Notes: a model not told the origin generated them from the sequence alone. Positions 10,174 through 21,592 are shown, counted from the first letter of the stretch. The stretch: 64,000 bases of DNA from an uncultured delta proteobacterium (GCA_963808235.1 CAWEEQ010000001.1:96001-160000), one strand, 5' to 3'. Made by a program: numbers and translations.

Positions 10174-11172
10174 CTAGTTCGGCACCCAGGTGACAGCGCG
10201 AATCTCGCCAAACTCGCGACGCACCTTGGTCCACGAATCCCCCGAATCGGTGCTCAAGTACAGGTAACCGTGCAGACTGTTGGCGACGACGACATCGGGG
10301 TTCGCTTGATTTGTTCCGAACCAGTAAATCGTGGAATTTGGCTCGACCGGCAACTTGCACACTTCCCAGCTAGCACCGCCGTCCCGCGACCTTTGGATAG
10401 CGCCGCGCTTGCCTGGGATGAAGTCGCCGTTGCCCACGAAGATCGTGTCGGGATCTCCGGGCTTGAGCGCGACTCCGCGGCAATAGGAGATCGTGTCCCG
10501 TTCCGCGAACCTGGGGAATCCGTGCAGCGACCATGAGTCTCCCTCGTCAAGGCTACTCCAGATTCCGTCTGGCGTCGTAACCAACAGCTTGGTCTTGAGG
10601 CCAGTCGCGAGCGCCACACCATGGACGTCGTGGTTGAGTTCCTTGTCACCGATTTTTGAATGTTTCCAGGTCTGGCCGTCATCGCGGCTGCAGTAGACCC
10701 CGTCGATTTCGACACCCACCCATATGGTGCGCTTGTCACGCGGATCGATCAGGATGTTGGTAACTTTTGGCGCGCCAGCAAGGCATCGCTCGGCCATCGG
10801 CACCGGCAGTCGATGCCAGCTTTTGCCGCGATCGTTCGTTCGGTAGACCCCGGGCTCCTTGGTGCCCGCGAGCATCGTGTCAGGATCGGCCGGATGGAAG
10901 GTCGCCGACCAGATCTGTTTGCCTTCCATCGGCGAGTCGATCCAGTCCCAGGTCGCACCATTGTCTTCGCTTCGATAAAGTCCCGCCTCGGAACCAGCCA
11001 GGAGGTGGTGAGGATTGTGGGGTGATACGGCGAGCGTGCGAACCTGTATTTCGCCGGGCTCGGCATAGAACGGCAGCTTCATCTTGCTGCGCCGCCAATG
11101 GTCGCCGCCGTCAGGGCTGAACCATACTCCCGCGCCTACCGTTCCAACGCAGATTGTAAAGTCGTTCGCCAT
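10174..11172 (-). CDS. BNR/Asp-box repeat beta-propeller protein (YCF48-like)
   Basis: Repeated SxDxGxTW boxes. Confidence 0.85.
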   Translation of the reverse strand: MANDFTICVGTVGAGVWFSPDGGDHWRRSKMKLPFYAEPGEIQVRTLAVSPHNPHHLLAGSEAGLYRSEDNGATWDWIDSPMEGKQIWSATFHPADPDTMLAGTKEPGVYRTNDRGKSWHRLPVPMAERCLAGAPKVTNILIDPRDKRTIWVGVEIDGVYCSRDDGQTWKHSKIGDKELNHDVHGVALATGLKTKLLVTTPDGIWSSLDEGDSWSLHGFPRFAERDTISYCRGVALKPGDPDTIFVGNGDFIPGKRGAIQRSRDGGASWEVCKLPVEPNSTIYWFGTNQANPDVVVANSLHGYLYLSTDSGDSWTKVRREFGEIRAVTWVPN

Positions 11173-11241
11173 TGGCCCGGACCTCCAGCGGAGTTCGCTT
11201 TCATCTCGACGCTAGCGACCGCATCGGCGAAAAGTCAAATC

Positions 11242-12258
11242 TCAACCGGGTCCTCGCGCACCCCGCTGTTTGGGATGCTCCAGTACCGCCGGATTCGCCA
11301 CCCGGATCGGCGCGCCATTAACGAATGCGACCACTGCGTCCAGGGTGTCGGTGTAAAACGCGGTCAGCGTCTCGTGCGTGACGTAGCCAAGATGCGGCGT
11401 GACGATGACGTTGTCCAGGGTGCGGAAAGGATGGGCGGCCGCTGGCGGCTCTTCGTCGAACACGTCGATTCCCGCGCCCGCGATTCGGCCGGAGCGGAGC
11501 GCAGCGAGTAGATCCGCTTCGACTACGATCGGCCCGCGCGAGGTGTTGATCAGGTAAGCGTCGGGCTTCATCATCGCGAGTTCATGCGCCGTCACCAGCC
11601 CGCGAGTCCGATCGCTCAATACCAGGTGAATCGAGAGAACGTCGGCCTGCCGGAAGAGCTCATCTTTCTCCACGCGCCGCGCGCCGGCAGACGCGGCAGT
11701 TTCATCGGTGAGATTCTGACTCCAGGCGATCACCTGCATCCCGAAAGCGCGTCCATACGCGGCCATCCGCTTGCCGATTCGCCCGAGCCCCAGCAGTCCG
11801 AGCGTGCGTCCAGCAAGGATGCTACCGACCGTGCTCTGCCATCCGCCTTCGCGCATCCGCCGCATCTCGAAACCAAGATGGCGAACGGTTGCGATCATCA
11901 GCCCCCACGTAAGTTCCGGTGTTGCGTTGGCGATGTTGGCGAAGATCGGGTTGGCAAAATTGGAATGCGCTACGATCACACCGTGCTCGGTCGCCGCCGC
12001 CAGGTCGAGGTTGGGCAGTGACATCCCGATGATCGTCACGAGCTTCAGATCGGGCAGGCGCTGGAACAGGCTCCGCGGCAGACTCATCCGCTCGCGGATG
12101 GTGCAGAGCACCTCGAAAGGTCTGAGCAGCGCCGCGGCTTCGTCTTCGGACAGATGCCGATCAAAGACGGTAATTTCCGCCCTGCCCTTGAGCACTGACC
12201 AGTCAGCCGATTTAAGCGCGACCCTGGCGTAGTCATCGAGAAGCGCGATCTTAAGCAT
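11242..12258 (-). CDS. D-2-hydroxyacid dehydrogenase family protein
   Basis: GLGRIG, INTSRG, DVFDEEP, TPHLGY. Confidence 0.92.
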   Translation of the reverse strand: MLKIALLDDYARVALKSADWSVLKGRAEITVFDRHLSEDEAAALLRPFEVLCTIRERMSLPRSLFQRLPDLKLVTIIGMSLPNLDLAAATEHGVIVAHSNFANPIFANIANATPELTWGLMIATVRHLGFEMRRMREGGWQSTVGSILAGRTLGLLGLGRIGKRMAAYGRAFGMQVIAWSQNLTDETAASAGARRVEKDELFRQADVLSIHLVLSDRTRGLVTAHELAMMKPDAYLINTSRGPIVVEADLLAALRSGRIAGAGIDVFDEEPPAAAHPFRTLDNVIVTPHLGYVTHETLTAFYTDTLDAVVAFVNGAPIRVANPAVLEHPKQRGARGPG

Positions 12259-12301
12259 TGTGAGCAGTCACACTTCACTCCGAGCAGGCCCATAAACGCG
12301 C

Positions 12302-12731
12302 TCAGTGCACGCGTTGATCGAACTGCAGAATCGTTCCGTCCGGATCCTCGAACAAACAAGTCAGGACCTTTCCGCCCTCCTTCTCGCCGTATGCGATCGA
12401 GTCGGCGGCATAGGGCGGCACCAGGATCTTGACGCCGGCGCTTTTGAGCTTCTCCACTCGTTTCTCTAGATCATCAACCCGGAACGCGAAGTGATGAAGC
12501 CCTACCTTGGTGAAGGCGGAGCGGCTTGCCCGACGCCTCCCGTCCAAGGGTTTGGGAGAGCACGATGAATCCGCCATCCTTCGCCCATCGCAGATAAACT
12601 GCGTGGCGCGAGCCGGAGCCAATCTTCTCCTCGGTATCGAGCATCACTTCGAGTCCGAGCAAATCCCGGTAGAACGGAAGCGAACGCACCATGTCGCTCA
12701 CTCCGATTGCGACATGTGAAATTCCTTTCAT
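12302..12731 (-). pseudogene. VOC/glyoxalase protein with a 1-bp insertion at ~12508
   Basis: ISHVAIGVSDM..FYRDLLG in one frame; GLHHFAFRVDD..EDPDG in the next. Confidence 0.8.
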
Positions 12732-12733
12732 GC

Positions 12734-13906
12734 CTAATTCAGCTCGATGTTGTAGAGCTTCGCCGCATTATCGCAAACGATTTTCCTGGTTACTGGCTCC
12801 GGCACTCCCTCGAAATCCTGCTTGATGACTTTAAGTGAGTTTGGCCAGGTCGAATCGGTATGCGGGAAGTCCGACGCCCACATGTAATTATCTTCGCCGA
12901 AGAATTTGTATGTCATCGGACCGATTGCGTCGTCCTGGAACGTTGCCCAAATATTCCGCCGCACGTACTCCGACGGCTTCATCTTGAGTTTCGTATCCTC
13001 GCGCATCGTCCCGAACTTCTCGTACATATGATCGCTGCGGTACATGAAGTGCGCGATCCAGCCGGTGTCGTTCTCGGCCGAGACGACGCGAAGCTCCGGA
13101 AAGCGCTCGAACACCTTGCCGAAGATGAAGCTCGAGAGCGTGCGCTGCACCAGGTAAACCGGCTGCATCGTGCCGAGCAGCATCCTGAGTCCACCGCTCA
13201 GGATCTGGTTGTTTTCCTCCCGATGGTTTTCCTCGGACCGCTCGCCGGTCTTGTCGCGACGCCGTCCCTTCTGGTCGCGCTGCGTGATGACATGCAGCGA
13301 CAGCGGCATCTTCATTTCCTGCGCCGCCGCCCAGAACGGATCGTAAAGCTCGCTATAGTAGGGCTTGTCCTCCGGCGGCACTCCCCAGATCATCGCGCCT
13401 TTGAGTCCCATCTTCGCGCATCGCTCCAGCTCCGCGACTGCAAGCGGGATGTCATCAAGCGAGATTAGCGCCACCGGATGCAGCCGCTTGGGGCTATATG
13501 AGCGGAATTGCCCGACCCAATCGTTGTACACGGCGAAACACGCACGGCGCAGTTCGTCGTCGTCGAGCCCGAACAGCGGCATCCCGAGTGTGGTGTAGAT
13601 CACCTCGGCCTGCACGCCGTCGATATCCTGATCCTTGATTCGCTCCGCGGGGTCCCAGCCGCTCGGCCGCGCCGCCTCGTAGCCCTTCTTCAGATGCTCC
13701 TTCAATTCTTCGCCGCTCTTGCCGATGCCGAAGCCGCCCGCGACCGGGAACGGCCGCACCCCGGGTGCGATAAAGAGATAGCCCTTGCCACTCTCGCTCT
13801 TGATCACTTTCGGCGCTCGGTCTTGAAATTTGCTGTCGAGCCGCGTCTCCCAGAGATCGGCGGGCTCCATCATGTGGGAGTCGGCGGAGATCACACGCAT
13901 GTCCAT
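12734..13906 (-). CDS. Amidohydrolase_2 family protein
   Basis: ISADSH, LSLH, WASDFPH. Confidence 0.9.
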   Translation of the reverse strand: MDMRVISADSHMMEPADLWETRLDSKFQDRAPKVIKSESGKGYLFIAPGVRPFPVAGGFGIGKSGEELKEHLKKGYEAARPSGWDPAERIKDQDIDGVQAEVIYTTLGMPLFGLDDDELRRACFAVYNDWVGQFRSYSPKRLHPVALISLDDIPLAVAELERCAKMGLKGAMIWGVPPEDKPYYSELYDPFWAAAQEMKMPLSLHVITQRDQKGRRRDKTGERSEENHREENNQILSGGLRMLLGTMQPVYLVQRTLSSFIFGKVFERFPELRVVSAENDTGWIAHFMYRSDHMYEKFGTMREDTKLKMKPSEYVRRNIWATFQDDAIGPMTYKFFGEDNYMWASDFPHTDSTWPNSLKVIKQDFEGVPEPVTRKIVCDNAAKLYNIELN

Positions 13907-14148
13907 TGGGAGTCCCTCCTGATTAGTGAAGGCTGCCAGTCTGCCTCAGTTTTTCTAATCGGATGTATCGCACCTCCTCACCGTTGAGGGCAAGGCTGAC
14001 CCCGTTCCTGATCGTGGCGCAGCGAAGTCGAGGATGGGATACAAAATCGAGCGCGGCTCTTGGAGAGCTCTTTCAGGCGGTGGTATAGGGGTTCTATAGC
14101 CTGGTACGACTACCATCCATTGTTCCGAGACACACCAGGAAGATCAGT

Positions 14149-15774
14149 ATGACGGATTCACTTCAGAAGGCCTCGGATGCTCGATCAGGACGCGTCGAAA
14201 ACTTTGACGCGATCGTGATCGGTGCGGGGGTGTCGGGATTGTATCAACTCTATCGCTTACGCGAACTCGGGATCTCGGTGCGATGCCTGGAGGACGGCGA
14301 CGGCGTTGGCGGCACCTGGTATTGGAACCGCTATCCGGGATGCCGCTTCGATTCGGAGAGCGAAAGTTACGGCTATTCGTTCTCAAAAGAGCTCCTTCAG
14401 GAGTGGGACTGGAAGGAACATTATTCCGGGCAGCCGGAGAACGAGCGCTATTTAAACTATGTAGCAGACAAGTTTGATCTGCGTCGCGACATCCAATTCA
14501 ATTCCCGGGTCACTTCAGCGGTCTTCGACGAGCGCGCAAACCGATGGGAAGTCCAGTTGGAGAGCGGACAACGGATGCGCGCGCAGTTTCTGATCGCCGC
14601 AGTCGGAATTTTGTCTGCGCGCAACATTCCGCCATTCGAGGGAGTCGACAGCTTCAAGGGTGAGTCATTCCACACATCCAGATGGCCCAAGGAGAAAGTC
14701 GATTTCACCGGCAAGCGTGTCGCAGTCATCGGCACCGGCGCCACCGCCGTCCAAATGATCCCAATTATCGCCAAAGAAGTCGGCCATCTCACGGTCTTCC
14801 AACGCACCGCAAACTACACCGCGCCGCTGCGAAACTCTTTGGTGAGCGACGAGACTCAGCGACGCTTCAAAGCTACCTACCCGGAGATTCACAAGAGGTG
14901 CAAAGAAACTACCGGCGGATTCCTCCATGACTTCGACCGGCGCGCGGCCCTGGATCTCCCGCGCGAGGAACGGCGCGCGGTGTACGAGCAATTGTGGGCG
15001 CTGCCTGGATTCGGCAAGTGGCTGGGCAACTTCAGGGACATCATGACCGACCGCGTTGCCAATGAGGACTTCGCCGAGTTTGTGCGGGAGAAGATCCGTG
15101 CGCGTGTGAAAGATCCGGCGGTGGCAGAAAAGTTGGTGCCGAAGGACCATCCGTTCGGCTCAAAGCGCGTGCCTTTAGAGACCGAATACTATGAGGCCTA
15201 CAACCGCGACAATGTTCAGCTGGTCGATATCAAGGAGACCCCAATCGAACGCATCACGCCTACAAGTATCAAGACCAGCGGTCGGGAGTACGAGTTTGAC
15301 GTCATCATCTACGCCACGGGCTTCGACGCGATAACTGGATCGATGACGCGGATCGATTTTCGCGGCGAGGGTGGACAGAGTCTCAAGGACAAATGGGCCA
15401 ATGGGATGCGCACTTACCTGCAACTTGTGACGGCCGGGTTTCCGAACCTCTTTATCGCCACCAATACCGCGTTCTGCAACTACACCGTTTGCGCTGAGAC
15501 GATCGTTGAGTGGATCACCGACTGCATCCGCTATGTTCGCGAAAACGGCTATTCACGCATCGCAGCCACACCGCACGCGGAAGATGAGTGGGTGGCGCAC
15601 ACCAACGAGGTCGGCAGTCGCACGCTATTGAGCAGTGCCAATGGATGGTTTGTTGGGGGAAACATTGAAGGTAAGGCGCGCGCGTTTCTTCTTTATGCAA
15701 ACCCCGCTCCCGCCTATCGGGCCAAGTGTGCAGAAGTAGCGGCGAAGGGCTACGAAGGTTTTGTCTTGCAATAG
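14149..15774 (+). CDS. Baeyer-Villiger monooxygenase (cyclohexanone monooxygenase-like)
   Basis: GAGVSG, GGTWYWNRYPG, FKGESFHTSRW fingerprint, GTGATA, ATGFD. Confidence 0.93.
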   Translation: MTDSLQKASDARSGRVENFDAIVIGAGVSGLYQLYRLRELGISVRCLEDGDGVGGTWYWNRYPGCRFDSESESYGYSFSKELLQEWDWKEHYSGQPENERYLNYVADKFDLRRDIQFNSRVTSAVFDERANRWEVQLESGQRMRAQFLIAAVGILSARNIPPFEGVDSFKGESFHTSRWPKEKVDFTGKRVAVIGTGATAVQMIPIIAKEVGHLTVFQRTANYTAPLRNSLVSDETQRRFKATYPEIHKRCKETTGGFLHDFDRRAALDLPREERRAVYEQLWALPGFGKWLGNFRDIMTDRVANEDFAEFVREKIRARVKDPAVAEKLVPKDHPFGSKRVPLETEYYEAYNRDNVQLVDIKETPIERITPTSIKTSGREYEFDVIIYATGFDAITGSMTRIDFRGEGGQSLKDKWANGMRTYLQLVTAGFPNLFIATNTAFCNYTVCAETIVEWITDCIRYVRENGYSRIAATPHAEDEWVAHTNEVGSRTLLSSANGWFVGGNIEGKARAFLLYANPAPAYRAKCAEVAAKGYEGFVLQ

Positions 15775-15839
15775 AGAATTTTTATCCATCGAAGGATTAG
15801 ACAAGTATCAACTGAGTGGCGGCGCGCAAGTGAAGCGCG

Positions 15840-16781
15840 CTAGTTCCATGTCGGCCGGTAGCCGTTGGTCTTCACCGCCAAAGCAAGTTCGTTGCACACT
15901 TCCGAGAGAGTCTCAGGACAGAAGAAATAGTAACGAACCCGGGTAATTGCACCTTCGTGTTCGTCGAGTCGCGCCAAACTCTTCACCGCATTTCCGTCGT
16001 TCTCCCTCGCCCAGAGGACTACGATTAGCTCGCCGCCAAATTCTCGCATCTCAGCCCGCCATGCATCAGAACTGGCGAAAGTGTGATGCAGGATACTCTT
16101 ACCACTCTTTCCGACCGATTCCCGCCCATTCTCCACAAACATCCCGACCATCTCCGAGCTCACATCTTCTCGCATCACGGCGAGCAGGCGGCTCAAGTCG
16201 CGGGCGTTGAATGCGTCTACAAATTCCTTCACCAGTGAGGCCGAGGAGCTTGGCTTGGTTTCATTTTCCCGCATTTTCTCAGGCATCTCATGGAGCTTCG
16301 CTCGTCCGCGGTGCAGGCCAGCTTTGACAGCGCCGACCGTAACGTCTAACGCACGAGCTGTTTCTTCCAAGCTGAAATCGAAAACATCTTTAAGAAGAAC
16401 GGTCGCTCGTTCCATTGGCGGCAGATGCGTGAGCAACTTCCGGGCGGCATCACGAATCTCGTATGGTTGCGCTAATTCCGCCTGGACGAGTTCCGGAAAA
16501 TCCGCTGAGGCGACTTCTCGTAAGCCGCGGAATTTATCGATCCACAAATTACTGGCGACCTTGAACATGTAGGATCGCACGTTCTCAATCGGTTCCGACG
16601 CCTGCGAAAGACGAGCAAACGCCCGAAGCAACGTGTCTTGGACCAGGTCCTCCCCGTCCCAGACCGAGCCGCTCAACGAACGACAATACTTATGCAGGTC
16701 AGGGCGCAGAGACTCAGTCCGCTCAAGGAAGAGGTGCCACGCTCCTTTTACGGGACCGACGATTTCATCACTTATCTTCAT
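15840..16781 (-). CDS. ECF sigma factor with C-terminal SnoaL-like extension
   Basis: EDLVQDTLLRA region 2, LKDVFDFSLEETA..GAVKAGLHRGR region 4, FVDAFNARD extension. Confidence 0.88.
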   Translation of the reverse strand: MKISDEIVGPVKGAWHLFLERTESLRPDLHKYCRSLSGSVWDGEDLVQDTLLRAFARLSQASEPIENVRSYMFKVASNLWIDKFRGLREVASADFPELVQAELAQPYEIRDAARKLLTHLPPMERATVLLKDVFDFSLEETARALDVTVGAVKAGLHRGRAKLHEMPEKMRENETKPSSSASLVKEFVDAFNARDLSRLLAVMREDVSSEMVGMFVENGRESVGKSGKSILHHTFASSDAWRAEMREFGGELIVVLWARENDGNAVKSLARLDEHEGAITRVRYYFFCPETLSEVCNELALAVKTNGYRPTWN

Positions 16782-16939
16782 TTTGGCTTCCGCGCTCCTT
16801 CTGATCTAAAGACGATCCGGCCATGCTGAAAGATACGACGAGTTGCACATGCGCGGCCCGATTGTCGCCTTCCTGCGGGCGGTTGGATCCACCCACATGA
16901 GGAGTTGCGCTACAGCCTACGAAGGGAGAAGTCCGCCGT

Positions 16940-17713
16940 TCACTTGCCGGCGAAGTGCGGTTCGCGCTTCTCCAGGAACGATCGAACTCCTTCGCGATGG
17001 TCTTCGGTCTTGAACAGTTCGGCCAGGCTGGTACTGACCCACGCTCCAAGTTCCTTCCAATCCGGATCGAGTGCGCGGCGGAGTCCATTCTTCAATTTTT
17101 TGATTGCAAGCGGCGGATTCGATGCGATCCTGCGCGCGAGCTCGGTCGCGGCCGGGATCAACTGTTCGTGTGGCACAACGCGGGAGACGAGCCGAATTTG
17201 CAACGCTCGATTGGCATCGATGATGTCGCCGGTGAACAGCAGCTCCGCCGCAGTCTCGCGCCCCACTAGCTGCGCGAGGCGCCCGATTCCCGGTACGTCG
17301 CAGCATAGTCCGCGCTTGATGAAGAGCTCACCGAAGCGCGCTTTCTCCGACGCCACGCGTATATCTGCCATCAGCGACAGCTCCATTCCCCATCCGATAG
17401 CGGCGCCATTCACTGCCGCAATGATGGGAATGTCGGTATGCAGCAGCGCGTCGGCTGCCGGCGTGAGCCGTGGTGCGAGATTGGTGACAGCAGGACGCGC
17501 GCCCTCGCCGCCGGCCATGATCTGCTTTACGTCGTCGCCCGAGCAGAAAGCCGGATCGGCACCCGTGATGACGAGGCATCGCACGGCCGCGTTGCGCACC
17601 GCATCTTCGAGTTCGCGGTAAGTCGTGAAGGTCAGAGCATTGCGCGCCTCGGGGCGGCGCAGAGTGATCACGCCAACATGTCCGTCAACGTCGTAGCTCA
17701 ACTCGGTGTACAT
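16940..17713 (-). CDS. Enoyl-CoA hydratase/isomerase
   Basis: AFCSGDD, IAAVNGAAIGWG, EDHREGVRSFLEKR. Confidence 0.92.
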   Translation of the reverse strand: MYTELSYDVDGHVGVITLRRPEARNALTFTTYRELEDAVRNAAVRCLVITGADPAFCSGDDVKQIMAGGEGARPAVTNLAPRLTPAADALLHTDIPIIAAVNGAAIGWGMELSLMADIRVASEKARFGELFIKRGLCCDVPGIGRLAQLVGRETAAELLFTGDIIDANRALQIRLVSRVVPHEQLIPAATELARRIASNPPLAIKKLKNGLRRALDPDWKELGAWVSTSLAELFKTEDHREGVRSFLEKREPHFAGK

Positions 17714-18394
17714 ATCGCTGGTCGCTCCTCGATGGCTAAGAGATTCGCTTCTCACTGTGAGAATCCCACGCACGCGGCAGCGGCGTCAAAGGTTTGCTTT
17801 CCGATGCAACTGCTTTTCCGCCAATTGACAGACACCATTTCGTCAAGGCCTTGGATAAAAGAGAATCCGGTTGTTGCCACTGTCGCCCATGTACAACTCT
17901 TGGCTCGAGTCAATTTCGATACCAAGCCCACTCGCTTGAGACGCCAACGGCGCTGGGGAGTTTAGCTCCCTCTTTGACGAAGCGTTTGCGACCGAGGATA
18001 ACCTCTAACTGAAAAGACAATCCAACGAGGCAAAACCCAAGGATCGGCTCAAAGGCAAAGTTGCTCCGATTTCGGACGGCGCGCCTGAAATGCGTGCGGA
18101 GATGCGCACGGGCTTTCCTTGTCGGCACCGGGTCAACGTCTGCCGCTCAGCTAGGTCCACGGGCTGCTTTAAACTCTGGGCGGTCCGTGCTCTGCTTGGG
18201 TGAAATAGGCGAGTTATAACCGGGTCCGAACGGTGGCAGGTACCGAGGAGTGATAAGCGTCAACTCGCCGTCACGGATATAGCGTGCTGACAGCTCGAGG
18301 TGCATCTCGACTCAACTTTCCTAATCATTCGGATAGAAATGTTACTTATTTCGTTTGCCTCGCTCGAAAGAATGGTCAGCTTTAAGAGGATGGC

Positions 18395-19435
18395 ATGAAA
18401 GTCAGCATTGGCATTGGCGGCGCCGCGTCGGGTCGCAAGCGCGACTTCGACGAACAAGTCGACTACGTCGTTGAAGCGGAAAAGCTTGGAGCGGATGCGG
18501 TCTGGTCCGCCGAGGCGTGGGGGCAGGACGCTATTTCGCCGCTCGCCTATCTCGCCGCGCGCACAAACCGGATCCGGCTCGGCACCGGCATCATGCAGAT
18601 AAGCGCGCGCGTGCCGGCGATGATCGCGATGACAGCGCTGACGATGGCCTCAATCAGTAATGATCGCTTCATCCTAGGCCTCGGTGCGAGCGGTCCGCAG
18701 GTAGTTGAAGGGCTGCAGGGCCGTCCGTTCAAAGCGCCGCTCACCAGGATGAAAGAAACGGTGGAGATCATCAAACTGGCGTTTGCGGGCGAAAAGATCG
18801 AATACCACGGCAAGTATCACGAACTGCCGCTGCCGGGCGGACAAGGCAAGGCTCTCCGGTTGTCACAACCCGGCAATGCTAACATTCCGATTTATCTAGC
18901 CACGCTCGGACCCCATGCATTGGAATACACCGGTGCTGCGGCCGATGGTTGGCTCGGAACGTCGTTTACGCCGGAGCATGCCGCTGCGCACCTCGACTAT
19001 CTGCGCCGGGGCGCAGAAGGGGCCGGTCGCAGCCTGGCCGACATCGACATTCAGGTCGGCGGAACAGTTGCGTTCGGCGACGATCTCGATGCGCTCGTGG
19101 AGCCTTTGAGGCCTGCGATGGCATTTACACTCGGTGCGATGGGTTCGGCGACGACGAATTTCTACAACGACGCTTTCAAACGGGGCGGGTGGGAGGCGGC
19201 GGCGCGCGAGGTGCAGCGTCTCTGGATTGCCGGGAGACGTCCCGAAGCCATTGCCAAGGTGCCGCCGGAAATGGTGATCCAGGCGAATCTGCTGGGCGAC
19301 ACCGAGATGGTGCGCAACCGCATCCGGACCTTCAGGGATGCAGGAGTCACGACGCTACGCGTCGCTCCCCAAGGGCGCGACCTCGCGGAGAAACTCGAGA
19401 CGCTCGGACGTGTGATGGACCTGGTGCGCGGTTAA
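18395..19435 (+). CDS. LLM-class (probably F420-dependent) oxidoreductase
   Basis: AEAWGQDA, LGLGASGPQVVEG. Confidence 0.9.
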   Translation: MKVSIGIGGAASGRKRDFDEQVDYVVEAEKLGADAVWSAEAWGQDAISPLAYLAARTNRIRLGTGIMQISARVPAMIAMTALTMASISNDRFILGLGASGPQVVEGLQGRPFKAPLTRMKETVEIIKLAFAGEKIEYHGKYHELPLPGGQGKALRLSQPGNANIPIYLATLGPHALEYTGAAADGWLGTSFTPEHAAAHLDYLRRGAEGAGRSLADIDIQVGGTVAFGDDLDALVEPLRPAMAFTLGAMGSATTNFYNDAFKRGGWEAAAREVQRLWIAGRRPEAIAKVPPEMVIQANLLGDTEMVRNRIRTFRDAGVTTLRVAPQGRDLAEKLETLGRVMDLVRG

Positions 19436-19447
19436 CCCGGGCGGCTT

Positions 19448-19972
19448 TCAACCGTGGTCGCTTGATCCACCCGGCCGCCGCCGGTTTGAGGCTTCTGTCT
19501 TATGCAAATAGCTCGTGAAGCCATCGCCTGGCGGCGTGATCGAGTTTTGCATCATGATCAAACTGATTTGCCCCCGGTGGTATTCGCCATGAACTGTCAC
19601 GTGCATCAGCATTTCTTCGCGTGACATGCGGCCGGGCAAGCCATCGGTAAATGCAAAGTCGATGCGCTCGGCCAACTGTGCTTCATCCAGACGTGAAACA
19701 TAGTCGATGTACCAATGATCGCTGGTCTTGATCGCCGCGGACAATTCTTCCAACGATGGCGCCTGGCCCGGGTTGGGCGAGGTGTATCCGTGCTCAGCTC
19801 GCCGGAGGTTCGCAGCGAAGATCCGGTCGACAGCATAAGTGTGGTTGAGGACTCTGATGGCAATCTCCTTTGTAGGAGAGGCATCGTCAAATTGTCGCAT
19901 CGCCGTGAGAATCTCTTCGTTGGCCTTTGCCTTGTAGCTGAAGACCCGTTCAAGCGTGCTGACTTGATCCAT
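19448..19972 (-). CDS. DinB-family protein
   Basis: LNHTYAVD, HVTVHGEYHRGQ. Confidence 0.85.
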   Translation of the reverse strand: MDQVSTLERVFSYKAKANEEILTAMRQFDDASPTKEIAIRVLNHTYAVDRIFAANLRRAEHGYTSPNPGQAPSLEELSAAIKTSDHWYIDYVSRLDEAQLAERIDFAFTDGLPGRMSREEMLMHVTVHGEYHRGQISLIMMQNSITPPGDGFTSYLHKTEASNRRRPGGSSDHG

Positions 19973-20027
19973 CTTCTTTCTCCTAATCGAGTAATAGCAA
20001 ACTCGTCCTCTCGGGAGGGCCACTTCA

Positions 20028-20758
20028 TCAGACTGATTGCAAACGCTTCCTTGCGGTCACGGTGCGGGCGAGCGGAAACGTCCAAAAGCTGAGACCGGAG
20101 ACTTCCACATCAATCATATCCGACTTGCGTAACTCGTCGGCGTAGAGGTCGAGGCTGAATATGTCGGAAATCGCCACTTGGCCGCCTTCATTGAGGGTGC
20201 GCACGATTTCACGGATGGCTTCGCGGCGTCCCTCGCGGCCGCGAACGTTGTGGATGGCAAAGTGGGCGACGGTGGCGTCAAAGCTACGGTCGGCGAAGGG
20301 CAATTTGCGCATGTCTCCGTCATGAACGCTGACTCGCTGCGCGACTCCCTCCAGCCCAGCATTTCTTAGCGTAGCTTCACGCGAATTGTCCGACTGTTCC
20401 CACTGCGACCACAGATCGATGCCTACCGCGTGACCTCGCGGCAGCAGCCTTGCGGCGGCGATGAGCAGGAGCCCATGGCCACAACCGACATCGAGCACGG
20501 TTTCGTCTCCGCGGAGCTTCAAGCGCGCGAGGATGCGATCGCGTGCGTGGAGTTTACCGAAGCGACTGCTGGCGAACATGAGAGTCGCGAGGATCAAACT
20601 GCAGAAGCCAAAAATCTGAAGCGTGTAGGCGAGGCCGAGGTGTCGGGTCAAAGTCCATTGCACGAGAAAGAAACCCCCGATTGTCGCCGCAAGGCCAACG
20701 ATGAACATCGCGCGGCTCTACCACCATCGAGACCATAATCGGGCGTTTGTCTGCGCAT
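20028..20758 (-). CDS. Class I SAM methyltransferase with N-terminal TM segments; probable 1-bp indel near the 5' end
   Basis: LDVGCGHG, GDMRKLPF; upstream out-of-frame MRRQTPDYGLD start at 20758. Confidence 0.8.
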
Positions 20759-20865
20759 GACTCTGCTACCTGCTTGTGTGGACACTGTCGTGACTTGCGT
20801 ATTCACTATGGGTAAAATATAAGCGATAGCTCATAATTGTAAACTCGCATTCCTGGCGGATGCAT

Positions 20866-21495
20866 ATGGCGCGGAAACCGCAAACAAATCCCAGAAAAGC
20901 GGCCTCCCAGGAGCGATCGCGTGCGACCGTCGATGCGCTTCTGGAAGCGACTGCTCGCGTTTTGATGAAGGAAGGCTATGACCGGGCGAGCACCAACAGG
21001 ATTGCCGAAGTGGCTGGCGTCAGTATCGGTTCGCTGTACCAGTACTTCCCGAGCAAGGAGGCGCTGGTAGCCGCGGTTATTGACCGCCATACACAAGAAA
21101 TTTCCGAGGTGACTCGCAACGCTCTGGTCAAGGCAGCGGCGCGTCCAATCGAGGTCGCGGCACGCGAATTTGTTTCCGTTGCAATCGACGCTCACCGCGT
21201 CAATCCCAAGCTGCATGGCGTCCTTGCCGAGCAGATCCCACGTGTTGGGCGGCTCGAAAATATCGAGGCTAATGTCCGAGAGGGTTATGCACTGGTCCGG
21301 GGCTACCTCGAGGCACATCGAGATGAGATCGACGTCGCAGACCTCGATCTCGCGGCCTTCGTCTTAGTGACGGCAGTGGAGGCGCTGACACACGCGGCAG
21401 TCCTGCGTCGCCCAGACATCCTCGCAGATGGGAAAGCACGACACTTTGTCGACGACGTAACGCGCCTCGTGGTCGGGTATCTGCGAACGTCGTGA
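20866..21495 (+). CDS. TetR/AcrR regulator
   Basis: IAEVAGVSIGSLYQYFPSKEAL. Confidence 0.92.
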   Translation: MARKPQTNPRKAASQERSRATVDALLEATARVLMKEGYDRASTNRIAEVAGVSIGSLYQYFPSKEALVAAVIDRHTQEISEVTRNALVKAAARPIEVAAREFVSVAIDAHRVNPKLHGVLAEQIPRVGRLENIEANVREGYALVRGYLEAHRDEIDVADLDLAAFVLVTAVEALTHAAVLRRPDILADGKARHFVDDVTRLVVGYLRTS

Positions 21496-21592
21496 TCTGA
21501 CGATGAGCAGGCGAAGCGCCTTCTGAGACGGAGATCGCGTAGCATTGATCGTCAGCTCCCGACTCTTCGAGCGGGAAGGGCACCTGCCTGAG

